Below, one piece after another: positions 25,712-37,611 of a stretch of 64,000 nucleotides of DNA. Origin of the DNA: Euprymna scolopes (taxonomy: Eukaryota). The translations under genes were made by a program, and so were the position numbers. The number at the start of each line of letters is the position of its first letter. The first letter of the stretch is position 1. A model generated the notes under the pieces. The model made no database searches. It was not told the DNA's origin and worked only from the letters and a program-made list of their open reading frames with translations. The DNA lies in assembly GCA_053919585.1 (NCBI GenBank), contig CM132790.1, one strand, 5' to 3'.

Positions 25712-28619
25712 CTACAGAAGAAGTAAATAATTAATCTGAGAAATACAAACTCGGGGTAATAACAAACTAATGGAATCTTCACTACATAATTTCATGCTTT
25801 TAGGTAAATAAATGTCGCCAGAAATGTGTGACACAATAAGGTAAGAAATCAATTGATCCAGATTTCTAAAGCAATATAAACTAAAACGTGAATGTATATA
25901 TGAAGTCAATAGTATTTATATTACAAAAAACTGTTTATCAGTTCAATTTTTCTGCATGAATGGATTCAATGACGCATGTCATAAAATCCAACCTAATCAT
26001 ATTCAATATCTCATTATCTGATGACGATGTGTCTCATAATATCCAATGGAATCGTGTTTTAATCCCCCAATTTAACGACGACAATTTCAGTTTAATAATA
26101 TTCTCGCCTTGCAACTTAGTATTTCTGTCGAAATAGCTTGTAATCTTATTAGAAAAAAAATAATCGACAGCATGTTGACGAGGTTTGAAACTCGTCTCAT
26201 TCTATTTGCTTCCAATCACTTCTTCGTCGTCTCACCTACCGTCTTTTAATAATGTATTTGTAGTATGATAGATAATTCATTGATATGCAAATTAATGAAT
26301 ATCACCTACAAAAATGTATCTCGGACGTGAACTACTAAACAGTATTTGTCAATAATATAATAATGCAGAATAATTTTAACACAACTGAGAAACGAGGAAT
26401 TCACTTTGAAATAAAATCATGGTAAATAATAACACATATCTTTTGGAGAAAAACTACTCAAATTTCTTCTGATATCCGATACCAAGATAATATCCATGTT
26501 TTGTTAAGAAAGGCAATTTACTTTTCGTGTTTTCAAAATAAAAGTTTGAATAAAAAGTAATTAACAATTAAATCCAATAATTGTTATTCAATGAAGTATA
26601 GATCTGAAAAGTTATGAATCAAATATTGGTATTCGATTTCAGTATCGATTATGAAATCGATTGATCGATACCAATGGTGGAAACAGATGTATTTTGTAAA
26701 ATAAATTATTACGAAAATTAGTTGTAATTAAGAGTTTGAAAGTTCAATATCATCATTATCGAATAATTTAATCATTAAAGTTGTGCTAAACCTAAATTGT
26801 TCTTCATTCATACCTTATTATTGTAAAGATCACATTCTTTGAATCTCTAAAGATACAAGTTTTCTTGGTAAATAGAGTCCATAATTATTAATTCTTGAAT
26901 TCATGTAAAGTAACAAATTACATTATCTTTTAAAATATATTTAATTTTTGAAGAATTCTTTTCAATTCGCTTACTTGATTGGAAAGAAAAACAAATGCAT
27001 TCCGTGGAATAAATATTCAAATTCAATATTTTTCAGTTTAAATAATTATTTTCTTATTTTAGGCCATGACATTTATATAAACGCAGTTATATTACATAAA
27101 AAAAATGTAATGAGCATTTCTCGTGAGAGCGGCAAACATTGTGCTGCCAGGCTTAATGTCACACGTCAGGAAATGGAACTCCTGTTATTCACCGAATCCG
27201 TACATTATTCAACATCACAGGACCCGGCACTGCCCGGCGTCATTATCCAACATAAGTCATAAAATTTCGTTTATTCTCTTACTCAATTTAAAATCCTTTC
27301 GGACTATTATTTATCTTTTTACTTTCAATCAGTAAACGCCGTTATCTGTAACTGACATTTGACATTGGTATGTAATAATTTTACTTTCTTAACTGAAACA
27401 ATGGTAAATAAACCTGTGCACTCAATAGAAGTAAGTTGTAAATTAAGCAAGTTCATACCTTTACTATTAACACATTTTTTTTCAAATTTGTAATGCTAAT
27501 GCTACAGGAATTTTCATTTTATAACAAATAATATCCTGACTTCTATAGCACGAAGATGTACAATGTTTCAACTCCCGCTGATATAAATCAAAACTAAATT
27601 ACGCATGAAAACTGGTTAACAAACAAAAAGTACCTCTGCTCTTCTGTTGATGAAAAATAATCAGTGATAATTCCCAAATTTATCGCTTTCAAACTCTTTT
27701 TTTAATCGTTATGATGCCTTCATTTCCAAATCAAGCGTCTCTCATTGAAACTAGAAATGCTGGCATCTTTATTTTGTTTTTTTGCTTTGTTTTGTTTTTG
27801 TTTTTTGTTTCCTCGTATTTTATTCCTGTTCGTGCGTCAACAAATTGGAATTTTAAGCGTAACTAATTAGCGCCGATCTTCGACGGCAACGAATCTTTGA
27901 TTTCAATTAAAACATAAAAGCAAGAATCCGTCTCTTCTTTTGTGAAATAATCTTGTTCGTTGAAAAATAGACTTTTGTTTTGCCATCCAAATTTAACACT
28001 TCGTTCGTCAAATTGATAACAAAAGATTTCTCAAGACATAACAACATCTTGTGTTTTGCCTTGACGGCGATCATCTTTAAAAGAAACACCAGCATATTTC
28101 GGTCTATTATTAACTAGCTTCTCTAAGCTCTCAGGAGAAGAAGGTATCCTGATAATATAGACAAGACTTGTCTCAAATATCAAAAGTTTGACTCTCATTG
28201 TGTCTCAAATAAAACGTAGTCGGTTTTTGGATTAGACAACATTTTTATTTTTGTTTACAATTTATTTTCGTTTGTTTGCGTATTTATTTTTTCTAGAAGG
28301 TAAAATGGACGGCGAACTAACGTCCCTCATCTTATTATAATGGAAACTTGATGTATATCTGCAACCAAAACTACGTCACTGTTTTAACGCTATCATAATC
28401 TTTGTCGATTTTCGGTAGATAATACGCCACGCATAATTTCAAAATAGTATTTTATTTTGTCGGTCACATTAAAATTTTAAATAAGATTTGATTTATTTTG
28501 AAACGTTTATGTTCGAATAAAAAATATTCGTTTATTTGTCATGCTTCGTTTTGAAATATAATGTCTCTTATTTTGCAAGGTTCGTTAATTTTTCTGTAGC
28601 ATGTCACGCTTATGTTATA

Positions 28620-31300
28620 AATAATTACCATCAATCTGCGAACCCATTTCTCTGCGGTTGTGGCGTCATTTTCTAAAGAGTCTGCCATTTTAAGATTTGT
28701 CTGAATCCATTCTACTCTCATGCATGTTATAGAACATTGTACCTGTTGTGGTTGCAAGGTTGAACAATAATTAGTAAGGAAACACAATGAAGACGCAAAC
28801 AACAAGATAACGCAATAATAAGTGTATTAAAGAAAAGGTATATTTACAATATGTACAAATGACGGGGTCGAGTCAGAGAGCCTTGGTGGGAGGACATGTA
28901 CGCTCTTCGGCGTCACTTCTGGTGGCATTTGAGTAAGACCCACCAAGGCCAACCTAGGCTTGCCATTTATAGTGTTATGTTATTCGCATATGCAAATAAG
29001 TGGTTGCCACCACAACAGTACCATCCTAAAATATATACATCTAAGACACAATAGGTCGTTTATGAAAATTAGGAATAATATTGGTTCAAAGATCGACCGC
29101 TTAGGCACTCTCACATTCTATGTTGATGTACGTCTATCAATGACAACCTAGATGGTCTTATTGTATAAGACGGATATAATTATGTTACGTATTTATCCAG
29201 TTATACTGTATTTTCTTTTTCTTTAGTAGTCCTGGTATGCCAAACTTTGTCAAAGGCCTTGGATATATCAAGATTTACAACCCTGGATTCGCCTGCATTA
29301 TCCAGTGCATAATATATGCATTCAAAGATGACTGTTAAAATATATGCAGTAGAACAACATTGCCGTAATCCGTACTGTTTGTCACGTAGGGAAATAGCTT
29401 TTGCGATGGTGGATTCGTGCTTGATTGATTATTGTCTCAAAAATTTGCGAGACGATGGGGAATAGATTGATAGGGCGTTCAAGAGACAGTCAATCCTTTC
29501 GCCAAAATGTTTGTACACTGGTATCACAGAAGCTACCTTCCAACTATTTGGGATGCAAGAGTCAGCAAATAATTTGTTGTAAGGTTGGAAAGTACAGTGG
29601 CTTGCTCGACTAAGCATTTCTAAAGTTTATAACAGGCATGAGATTCGGCTCACCCGCCTTGGGGGTGTCTAAGGTTCTCATGATATCGCGGACACTGAGA
29701 GGAATAATTGTCAGATCATCCAGTATTGCTTACGTTGGGAGTAATTTGTTGGCTCTAAGGTGGACTTGGGGGCGAATCGCTGGCAAGCAGTTCTCCCTTC
29801 TCGGTTACCATGCATGCTACCTTCTGGTTGTTGGCTGGTAAGAGAATTACTGATTGCTCTGTATTCACGAAACTATTATAAATTTTCCAAAAATCACGCG
29901 TTTATATCTTCTGTGATTCCATACGTTTTCTGGTTATTTAAGCATGTTTTCTTTTGGCTTTTGCTATTACATGCTTACATTGATTTCTAGCATCAGTAAA
30001 CTTTTGACTCTTTGTATCTGATTTATGGCGTGCGAATTGCCGGAATGCATGCTGTCCTTGTGCAATGGAAGCTGCACAACATTTCGCCAACCAAGCAGGT
30101 TAATGGTGTTTCCATATAACGATGTGTGCTTCAATGCATACCTTGCAACATTCGCACTGGTCAATATGAAGAGAAAATATATTGGTCTATAGGGCACCTC
30201 CGATGTGTTCACTGATAGCTTCCAAGTCAGCCCTTTTGTAGTACCTTATCGTTTTGAGCAATGGCTCTTTCTTAAGGGTTGGAATTTTAGTGTAATGTCT
30301 ACTGATACAACTAGGTGGTCTGAATTTCCAAGTGAATCCTACGCATTAATTACACAACCCTCGGATACTATGGTAAGGTATAGGTCTTTAAGTGAAGCTT
30401 ACTGGTTTTTACGATCTAGCTGCGTCTGTGCAACTTGAGCAACCAAGTCAATTGTTTTATGATGGGTTACTATCTAAGGAGAGTACTGCATCTATACTTT
30501 TAGAGACGGAATCGATTAGGGTACAATCAGTACTTGAGGGAGAACGGTATAGAAAATATAAGTAAGTAAAGCATCGTTGAAAGACTGGTCGACAACACAT
30601 AAAAGCCTGTTTTTCCGATTCAAAACGTTGTCTAGAAAGAGGAAGTTGCTCCAGATATAGACGTTAAGCGCGTGCACATATGTATTTACGGAAAAGAGGG
30701 GGTACGCTGTCATGTTCAAATAGGTAGAGAGGATTGAGGAATGTATTCTTGTTTCGCTTAATACTAAGATATCGGAGGTATTTATTAAGAGATAAGACTC
30801 TACACTATTTAGGTTACTTCTAAGCCAACGGATATTTGTGAATGCATTCCTCAGGGAAGGAGGCGAATCGGTTTTTGGGGGTACTTGTCTGGTTAGATCG
30901 TGATATTTGTTTCGGTTGTCCTTTCGTTAGGTTTTTGTTTAATTTTAGACTGAAGGCGAGTGTTGGGCAAATGGGCTAGTTTTGACGTCAAGTATTCATA
31001 CACAAGTAGTCCATTAGTCAAGTTCAGCCTAGACATTGTGAACTCGTAAGAGCCCACTGAAGATAGCAGCAGGGTGCCTTTCTATGTGCAGCATGGCACA
31101 TCAATTATTCAGATATTATACAACTGATGATAAAACAGCCGCTCTTAGCACTACCAAACAGTAAGAGCCTCTACACTGTCAGTCGGAAACAGAAGCTAGA
31201 TAAACTGTCAATCAGGTGCCCTCAACTTCACAGACAAGATCGACTCTGGCCGAGTTAGCACAAGTGACATGCCAACAAAGTCAATTCGTTCACTTTGTGA
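28620..31300 (-). mobile_element. Decayed CR1/Jockey-group LINE (5' region, APE endonuclease, RT), interrupted by a solo LTR
   Basis: AFTNIRWLRSNLNSV..DILVLSETR APE start (about 30850-30750); CIPNSWKVASVIPVYK; LDISKAFDKVWH (about 29240-29270); RSIFEPILFLIFINDL; KMADSLENDATTAEKW beyond the LTR; 5' boundary approximate. Confidence 0.85.
28744..29017 (-). mobile_element. Solo LTR (274 bp) with 5-bp TSD GTACC
   Basis: TGTTGTGG...CCACAACA termini; GTACC at 28739-28743 and 29018-29022; shares the motif GTATATT(T/A)ACAAT(A)ATGTACAAA with the LTR at 14520-14830. Confidence 0.92.
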
Positions 31301-31987
31301 GAGAAATTAAATTGGAGTTAAGAAATGAGGGGATAAGGGGAAGCGTTCAATTTCCTAACCAGGAAACAAGGCTAATTACAGGATGACTTTGGTGAGACCC
31401 TGGTATTGTACACCTGTGCTCGCTAATAGACAAAGAAAGAGTGTGAAAGCCGGCAATATGCAGAGTCTATCTTTACAATGTCGGTTTGTAAAAACAGAGA
31501 ATTTGTTCGAGTCATCATCTCTAAGAAGGTTATCGACCAGGATTTAGGAGACCTCTCTTCCCCAGTTTTTATATCAGAGTTTTTCATTGTAAAGAGATGA
31601 CCTGACAAGATCTACTGGTTAATCACACGTAGGGTGTAACCATGCGCCTGATTTGTACAACAGGTATTTTTGCGCCTGAGAAAGAATGAATATAATCTAT
31701 TAAAGTGTTTCTCTATTAATAATAAATAAACGTAATAATGAAGATAGTTTTCCCTCCAACCTTAATAGAATAGTTATATAACAAATATATTGTTAATGAA
31801 ACTAAAATATTTGCCTTTCTCAAAACAGTAATAGATCGATTTTATTTATAATTTTAATTTTAGAATATCTTAGAGAAAAATAAAATATAAATGAATTACC
31901 ACTCCATAGCACAACATTTTTTACAAATGTTTATGGGTGCGTCGAGCATGAGCGGAAGCGCACAAGCGCATGCGTCGGGCCTATCTG

Positions 31988-32049
31988 CGGGGAAAAGCGA
32001 ACCCGGGACCTTTCGGTTACAAATCAAGTCCACTAATAAACTACACCAA
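31988..32049 (-). mobile_element. Decayed tRNA-derived SINE head or tRNA pseudogene (TGT anticodon-like)
   Basis: minus strand TGGTGTAGTTT (A-box-like)...GATTTGTAACCGAAAGGTCCCGGGTTCGC (anticodon arm, B-box-like). Confidence 0.5.
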
Positions 32050-32424
32050 TCCTTAACGGAAACTTTTTCCTTACGTTCAACGAATTTTATGCACGAGACT
32101 AAGAGTTCTAAAGAGACCAAGGAAAACTGGTATAAAATTTTATCAAAAAGAAAAATAGAAAATGAAAGAATGATAGAAAAGGAAATGTATAGTTCGACTG
32201 GGTAGCCAAATCAGTCCCTTCGGTGGTTCTTAAGAACTCTTTTAACAATTATACTTCTAAAAAAAATTCGGCGTAGTTGGAACAAGTCAACCCTTTTTTG
32301 TGTTATTCAATGCAGAATTGAGATGCATAAATCATTAGCAGTTTCCGATTGAGTTTATCTGACTTCTCACCACTGGAAATAAATCGATGGAGGATCCGTT
32401 ACCAAATTTATTTCTTTTACTTTG

Positions 32425-32475
32425 CTTTTTTTCCACGGCATATCAACCCTTTCTTGGGTTATTTAACATCGAATT
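32425..32475 (-). mobile_element. 3' tail fragment related to the SINE at 37005-37304 (another at about 42253-42310)
   Basis: ACGGCATATCAACCCT..GGGTTATTTAA is the reverse complement of TTAAATAACCC..AGGGTTGATATGCCGT at 37253-37284. Confidence 0.7.
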
Positions 32476-33224
32476 AATATTCATTCGGAAATAACGTATA
32501 GATATTATTTTATCGAATAAAATAGTAATGCCAACTGTTGTCATGGGAAATTGATGAAGGCTACGATACTATATCAGTAATTATCCAGCAATTTTTTCTT
32601 TCTTATTTTTATGTATAGTTTATTTTATTTAGTCTTGTGTGTATCTCCGTTAATTTGAGAGTCATTGAGAATAATACTATGTATTGCGTGTTTTGAAAGA
32701 TGGTCAACATAAGCATGTTTCCACAAAACGTACGCTTGTTATATCACATTAATCATTATTGACACATTGTTTAAGGTAATAATGTTTTAATTATTTGCTG
32801 TTATTACTCTGATTATTAGTTCAGAAACTTAAACGGCAAATCCAGACAATAAAACACTCTTCTGTAGCAATGTACGTTGCCAGTGTTCATTTCAACCATA
32901 AAGTCACATTTCAATCCCAAGCAAAGAAAAACGGATAATCGTGTTGCTGATGATAATTCAATTAAGAACGATGCTATTAATTTGGTTTAACTTGGATATC
33001 GTGCAATACTGTATATTATACAATTTAGATGTACTTAAGTAATTCAATGCCTATTCTACACAATTCATTTTTTTATTTTGTTATTTTTTTACAATGCAGG
33101 GAATTATGGGTCATAGATTCACCTAAATTATTTATACGTACATGATAAAATAATAATACATGTTGAACGACAAGCTTTTATACTAACATGCATAGATTCA
33201 TTTAAAATAAAGAGAAGTAATTCC

Positions 33225-33330
33225 GGTATATAACGCAAGTCAGTCTAGTATGCATGAAAATGGGTGAACATTTGGGAATACCAGGTGCTGTTTGCGTTCT
33301 CAGTTTACCGTGACTTTGTTTCCAGTCGTC
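33225..33330 (+). mobile_element. Second, more decayed copy of the 5S-derived SINE
   Basis: ATGGGTGAACATTTGGGAATACCAGGTGCTGT (5S box C and 3' end) followed by a body aligning with the minus strand of 11525-11560. Confidence 0.7.
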
Positions 33331-34755
33331 ACGAATATTTTCAATGTGACTGAAATGAGGCATTGATGACCTATGACAGGTTATAAAATTGAGTAACCTG
33401 TGTTTCACAATTATACATGTAGCTACTCTTATAGGGGATAGCCATTGTTCTCTCAACATTGAAGGGAGACCCTATTATTAGAGAACATACGTTTACCAGT
33501 AGAAACATATAGGAAAGCTATGCGAAACGAAAACTAATTTGATGTAGTTTTTTTTTATGTCGTTTTGTTTTCCTCATAGATTTTATTACATATACCGTTT
33601 TGCAAAGGTTTGTTTTTGAATCGGACGTAGCATATATTATATCGAATTGTTTTTCTTTTGTCCTCGGGTGGATCGATTTAATGTAACTAATCAATGAATG
33701 CTTTCTGAAAGATTAGTAACGTTGATTGAATCACTTTTAAATGTTATTTTGGTAAATTGGAATTGTTCTCAGTTTATGTATGTTCTTGTTTTTTATTATT
33801 TAAATTTTAATTTATTCTTGCATTTATATAGAAGGTTTTCTCAGCCTGGCAAATGTAAGTGATTCTTTTGTAGTTTGTTTGAAATAACATTTGTATAAGT
33901 ACATTGCTGAGAGATACTCAAATGTATCGGTCTTGTTTCTGGAAAGTGCGAGGCTTGAAGTTATGGGAAGTCGAGGGAATATTAAGACTACAATTGTCCA
34001 TTATATATCCTGAGACGCCTCTGGTGAGAGAACGACGAAATTATCCACAGAAATAGTAATTAAACTATAATTAAGAAGTATTGTTTCAGAGATACATCCC
34101 GTAAGTTATGTGTGTTAATCTGGCTGACGCACTGGGAGTGTGGTTAGAAATATTTGGGTCTTAATCGGCTGTGCAAGAAGCGAGAAACGACCGACTCATA
34201 TTACCTGCTCGTGTAAGACTGTCAGTGAGTTTGAAAAGAAATCGTGATGTGGACCAAAGTTCTAATGGCTATATTAGTGACAGTTTTTTTGATTTTTGAA
34301 GAAGCGAGTGAGCAGGCTTGAGAAAAAAACACACACCAAGGTTCCCTTTACCGATGAAGTGAGGAGGGGTGACCGTTGCAAAACTCACCAATAATCGATG
34401 TGACCCCAGTCAGGGTGGGTGTAGACTTTGATACCACCCTAATGAAAGAAGGCTCGCTGATTATCAAGGACCCTGAGATGAATTGATGAAGTACTATACA
34501 TTGATTTGAATGTTTTTGTGATTTCTTTTATATGCAGGAAATCGAAGGAAAATTCGGCGTGAAGTTTGACTCCAGTGGGAGACTATAGTAATAAGTTAAG
34601 GTAAGTAAAAATATAAAAACTAGAGATAATAATAATAAAAAAGAAAAGGCACACACCGGCCTCTAGCCTATATACATAAGTCGGTACAGACAAAGAAAAA
34701 TAGTTCTGCAGCGAGTTTGAAGAAATGAGTGTGGAGTGAGTTAGAGATCGGGAGG

Positions 34756-34807
<52 letters not shown>

Positions 34808-34898
34808 CCCAAATCCCTACATAGTACCCCAGTAGTTGTTGCCCCTGATAGTAGCCCCCTACACCAAAGTGGCAATTTGCGTTGTTTGGGGTGAAAAT

Positions 34899-34899
<1 letters not shown>

Positions 34900-34942
<43 letters not shown>
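34900..34942. repeat. (AAT)n microsatellite
   Basis: direct reading. Confidence 0.95.
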
Positions 34943-34943
<1 letters not shown>

Positions 34944-34949
34944 TATATA

Positions 34950-35335
34950 TATTAATTTTATTTATACAAACATTAATGGCTACATATGTGCATACATGTT
35001 TCTGTAATCACCCACGTTGGGGGATTACGTCTTCAGGCCAAGAATTACCGTCAAAAGTGACATTTCCACCAAATACATTTTTCTATTTCGTTTATCAAGT
35101 TAAAATACAACCTGGGTGGGAGTCAAAAAAAACAAAAAAAAAACGGTAAAAGGATGAGTGAGGTCTTTGAAGATAATAAACATCTTTTTTCTTTTCCCCT
35201 TCCTCCATCCAACCTAACTTTTGTTTTTTTTATGGCATAGGGTACTTGAGAGTTTACTTTTCTTGTCTTAGAGTCTGTAAGTTAATAACCTTAGCTATGG
35301 CCAACCAAGTACTGACCGGTGCCTTTTAATCTACC
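34950..35335 (-). mobile_element. Penelope-like element 3' relic (possible GIY-YIG C-terminus, hammerhead, AATAAA)
   Basis: DKKSKLSSTLCHKKNK on minus at about 35220-35270 resembles the LNKRSELxxxCxHxxK C-terminal motif of Penelope-like endonucleases; hammerhead lies about 170 nt downstream. Confidence 0.5.
34974..35047 (-). ncRNA. Type I hammerhead ribozyme fold (predicted cleavage after GUA, between 34981 and 34980)
   Basis: minus strand UGGC-CUGAAGA-C-GUAAUC-C-CCC-AACGU-GGG-U-GAUUAC-A-GAAA-CAUGUAUGCACAUAUG-UA-GCCA; stems I, II and III all pair; base of stem II is a non-canonical C.A; AATAAA about 18 nt downstream. Confidence 0.75.
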
Positions 35336-36899
35336 TCCACCCACACATACATGCAGCACACATATAATACACACATACACAGACACCGCCAACAAACACA
35401 TACACACATTAATACATATATTCAAAAGCGAATCCATGCTGAACGCTCTTTGTTTTATTTACTGAAACTAGACAGTAATTCTGAAACTACGTAGAAATAA
35501 AGTAAACATTACATTAAGGTAAATAAAACAAAACAAAAATAAATAAAAAATAAATAAATAAGAATAAAAATAAAATTAAATTAAAACAAATAAACCAACA
35601 ATCTATGAATAAATATAAAACCCGAAAGTTATCTTAACCCCACATGTACCTATATGCGTGTATCAATACACTTATAAATGTCTACATTTATCTACACCCG
35701 CGCATATATACACACACACATTACAGACATACAGATACAAATAATAGTATTTTTCTTTATTTATGTAGCGTGGTAACCTCTTCGTATATGCAATATTATG
35801 CTNNNNNNNNNNNNNNNNNNNNNNNNNNNNNNNNNNNNNNNNNNNNNNNNNNNNNNNNNNNNNNNNNNNNNNNNNNNNNNNNNNNNNNNNNNNNNNNNNN
35901 NNNNNNNNNNNNNNNNNNNNNNNNNNNNNNNNNNNNNNNNNNNNNNNNNNNNNNNNNNNNNATCCATACATTTTTGTAATCTATATTGTTACAACAATTC
36001 TATACGAGGCAGCCTATTCTAATAGTTCAGAGATATACATGTATATAGATACATCTACATACAATAGACACAGAGATACATCCACATACAAACATACACA
36101 CAGATATATAGATACAGAGATATATATATAAACATACAAACATACATGCACATATAAAATACACTTATACATACAAACTCACACAAATATAGACATATAC
36201 ATATATACATGTATACATGTACCGTGCCACCAAATGATACATCTAAAGTAGAAACAGACATGAATACATTTACTATATAAATTCACTTTTTCCATCAAAT
36301 TCCACACGTCAAGTTATGTTTCATGGCCCCATCCGCTTGTTGCAAGTTGTAGGTTTTTTCCGTAAAAATTGACACTACGTAAAAATTTATATTGAATTCA
36401 GCATGAAGTTCATAGGGTTATCCTCATATTTAACAAACATTCTTTCGATGGTAAGGCAGATATACATAACATGTATTCACGATACAATAATAATATATAA
36501 TAACACATGACAGAAATCAGAGTATTTAGGTTATACAAACCGAGTATATAAGCTTATATATTGTAGTACTTACCTTCATCTTTGTTTATTCACTCTAATA
36601 CCCTTATTCCCTTTTCTTCCATTCACCCTTCATTCCTTACTTTCTTTCATCTATTTATTTCTTCATTTATTTTTTTTTTATATTAATAAATTATTTTTCC
36701 CACCCGGGTATATAAAGATCATATGTCCATACATGCACACACCCAAAAAATATCCATATGCATACATTATTACGAGCTTCACTCAAAACGATCTATTACT
36801 CATTTGGTTCAAATATACCTTCATACAGGTACTTATTTCGGCTAGTAATACCATAACTGCTCGATGAAGTAGTTTCGCTACAAAATAAACACAAAACCA

Positions 36900-37545
36900 A
36901 AAGCACCGTTTATTGTGCCACAAATAACATGATAAATCATATAGAGATTACCTCCATTGATTGCTAAAGTATATATTACATCTACCAATTACATTCAAAA
37001 ACAAGCCCTGTCGGTGGGGCATTAGAATACGCCGACTGCCCTCAATGGGGGTCCTTGATATGACCTTAAAATATATCCAGTGATGAGGCCCCAGTTTGTG
37101 GGCTTTGGGGAGTGTGGAGCCACCCTTTAATTACCATTGCTCCCAGGTCCACTCTGACCATAGTTCCAACTATGGGTTAAATAGAAACCAACGTGAAAAC
37201 AACAAATATATTCTATTAAAAAAAAAAATTCTTCTAAATCTTTGGATTCGGCATTAAATAACCCGGAAAGGGTTGATATGCCGTAAAACAAAAACAACCA
37301 ACCAACATTCAAAAACAAAACCAAACGCAAAATATAAACCGCATTAGGGTATCACTACTAGAGACTCAAAGAAAATGGACGATCGCCGATAGTTGAGTGG
37401 AAAATCGTACGGCAAATCATCCTTAGCCGACCCGCGTAGACGATGTTTTGATGAGAAATTAGATATCCTAAATTAAAAAAAATATATGTTGAACTGCAGG
37501 CGTGAAATAGCAAACGTGTGTATACACAAAATAAACTTTACCTTA
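36900..37545 (+). pseudogene. Penelope-like GIY-YIG endonuclease remnant, split by a SINE
   Basis: STVYCAT..YI..TFK upstream of the SINE; ALGYHY*RLKENGRSPIVEWKIVR and CFDEKLDIL..MLNCRREIANVCIHKINF downstream. Confidence 0.65.
37005..37304 (+). mobile_element. 300-bp SINE-like retroposon with 14-bp TSD
   Basis: ACATTCAAAAACAA at 36991-37004 and 37305-37318; ends GGGTTGATATGCCGTAAAAC..(CAAC)n; related tails elsewhere in the window. Confidence 0.85.
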
Positions 37546-37611
37546 CGATAAACCCACAAAAATAAAACGGACGTAAATAAGAAAAACAATGACAATAACA
37601 AAAATCATAAT

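Noticed and set aside
28305-28326. miR-184-like TGGACGGCGAACT
   Set aside because: Only the 5' half resembles it and there is no precursor hairpin
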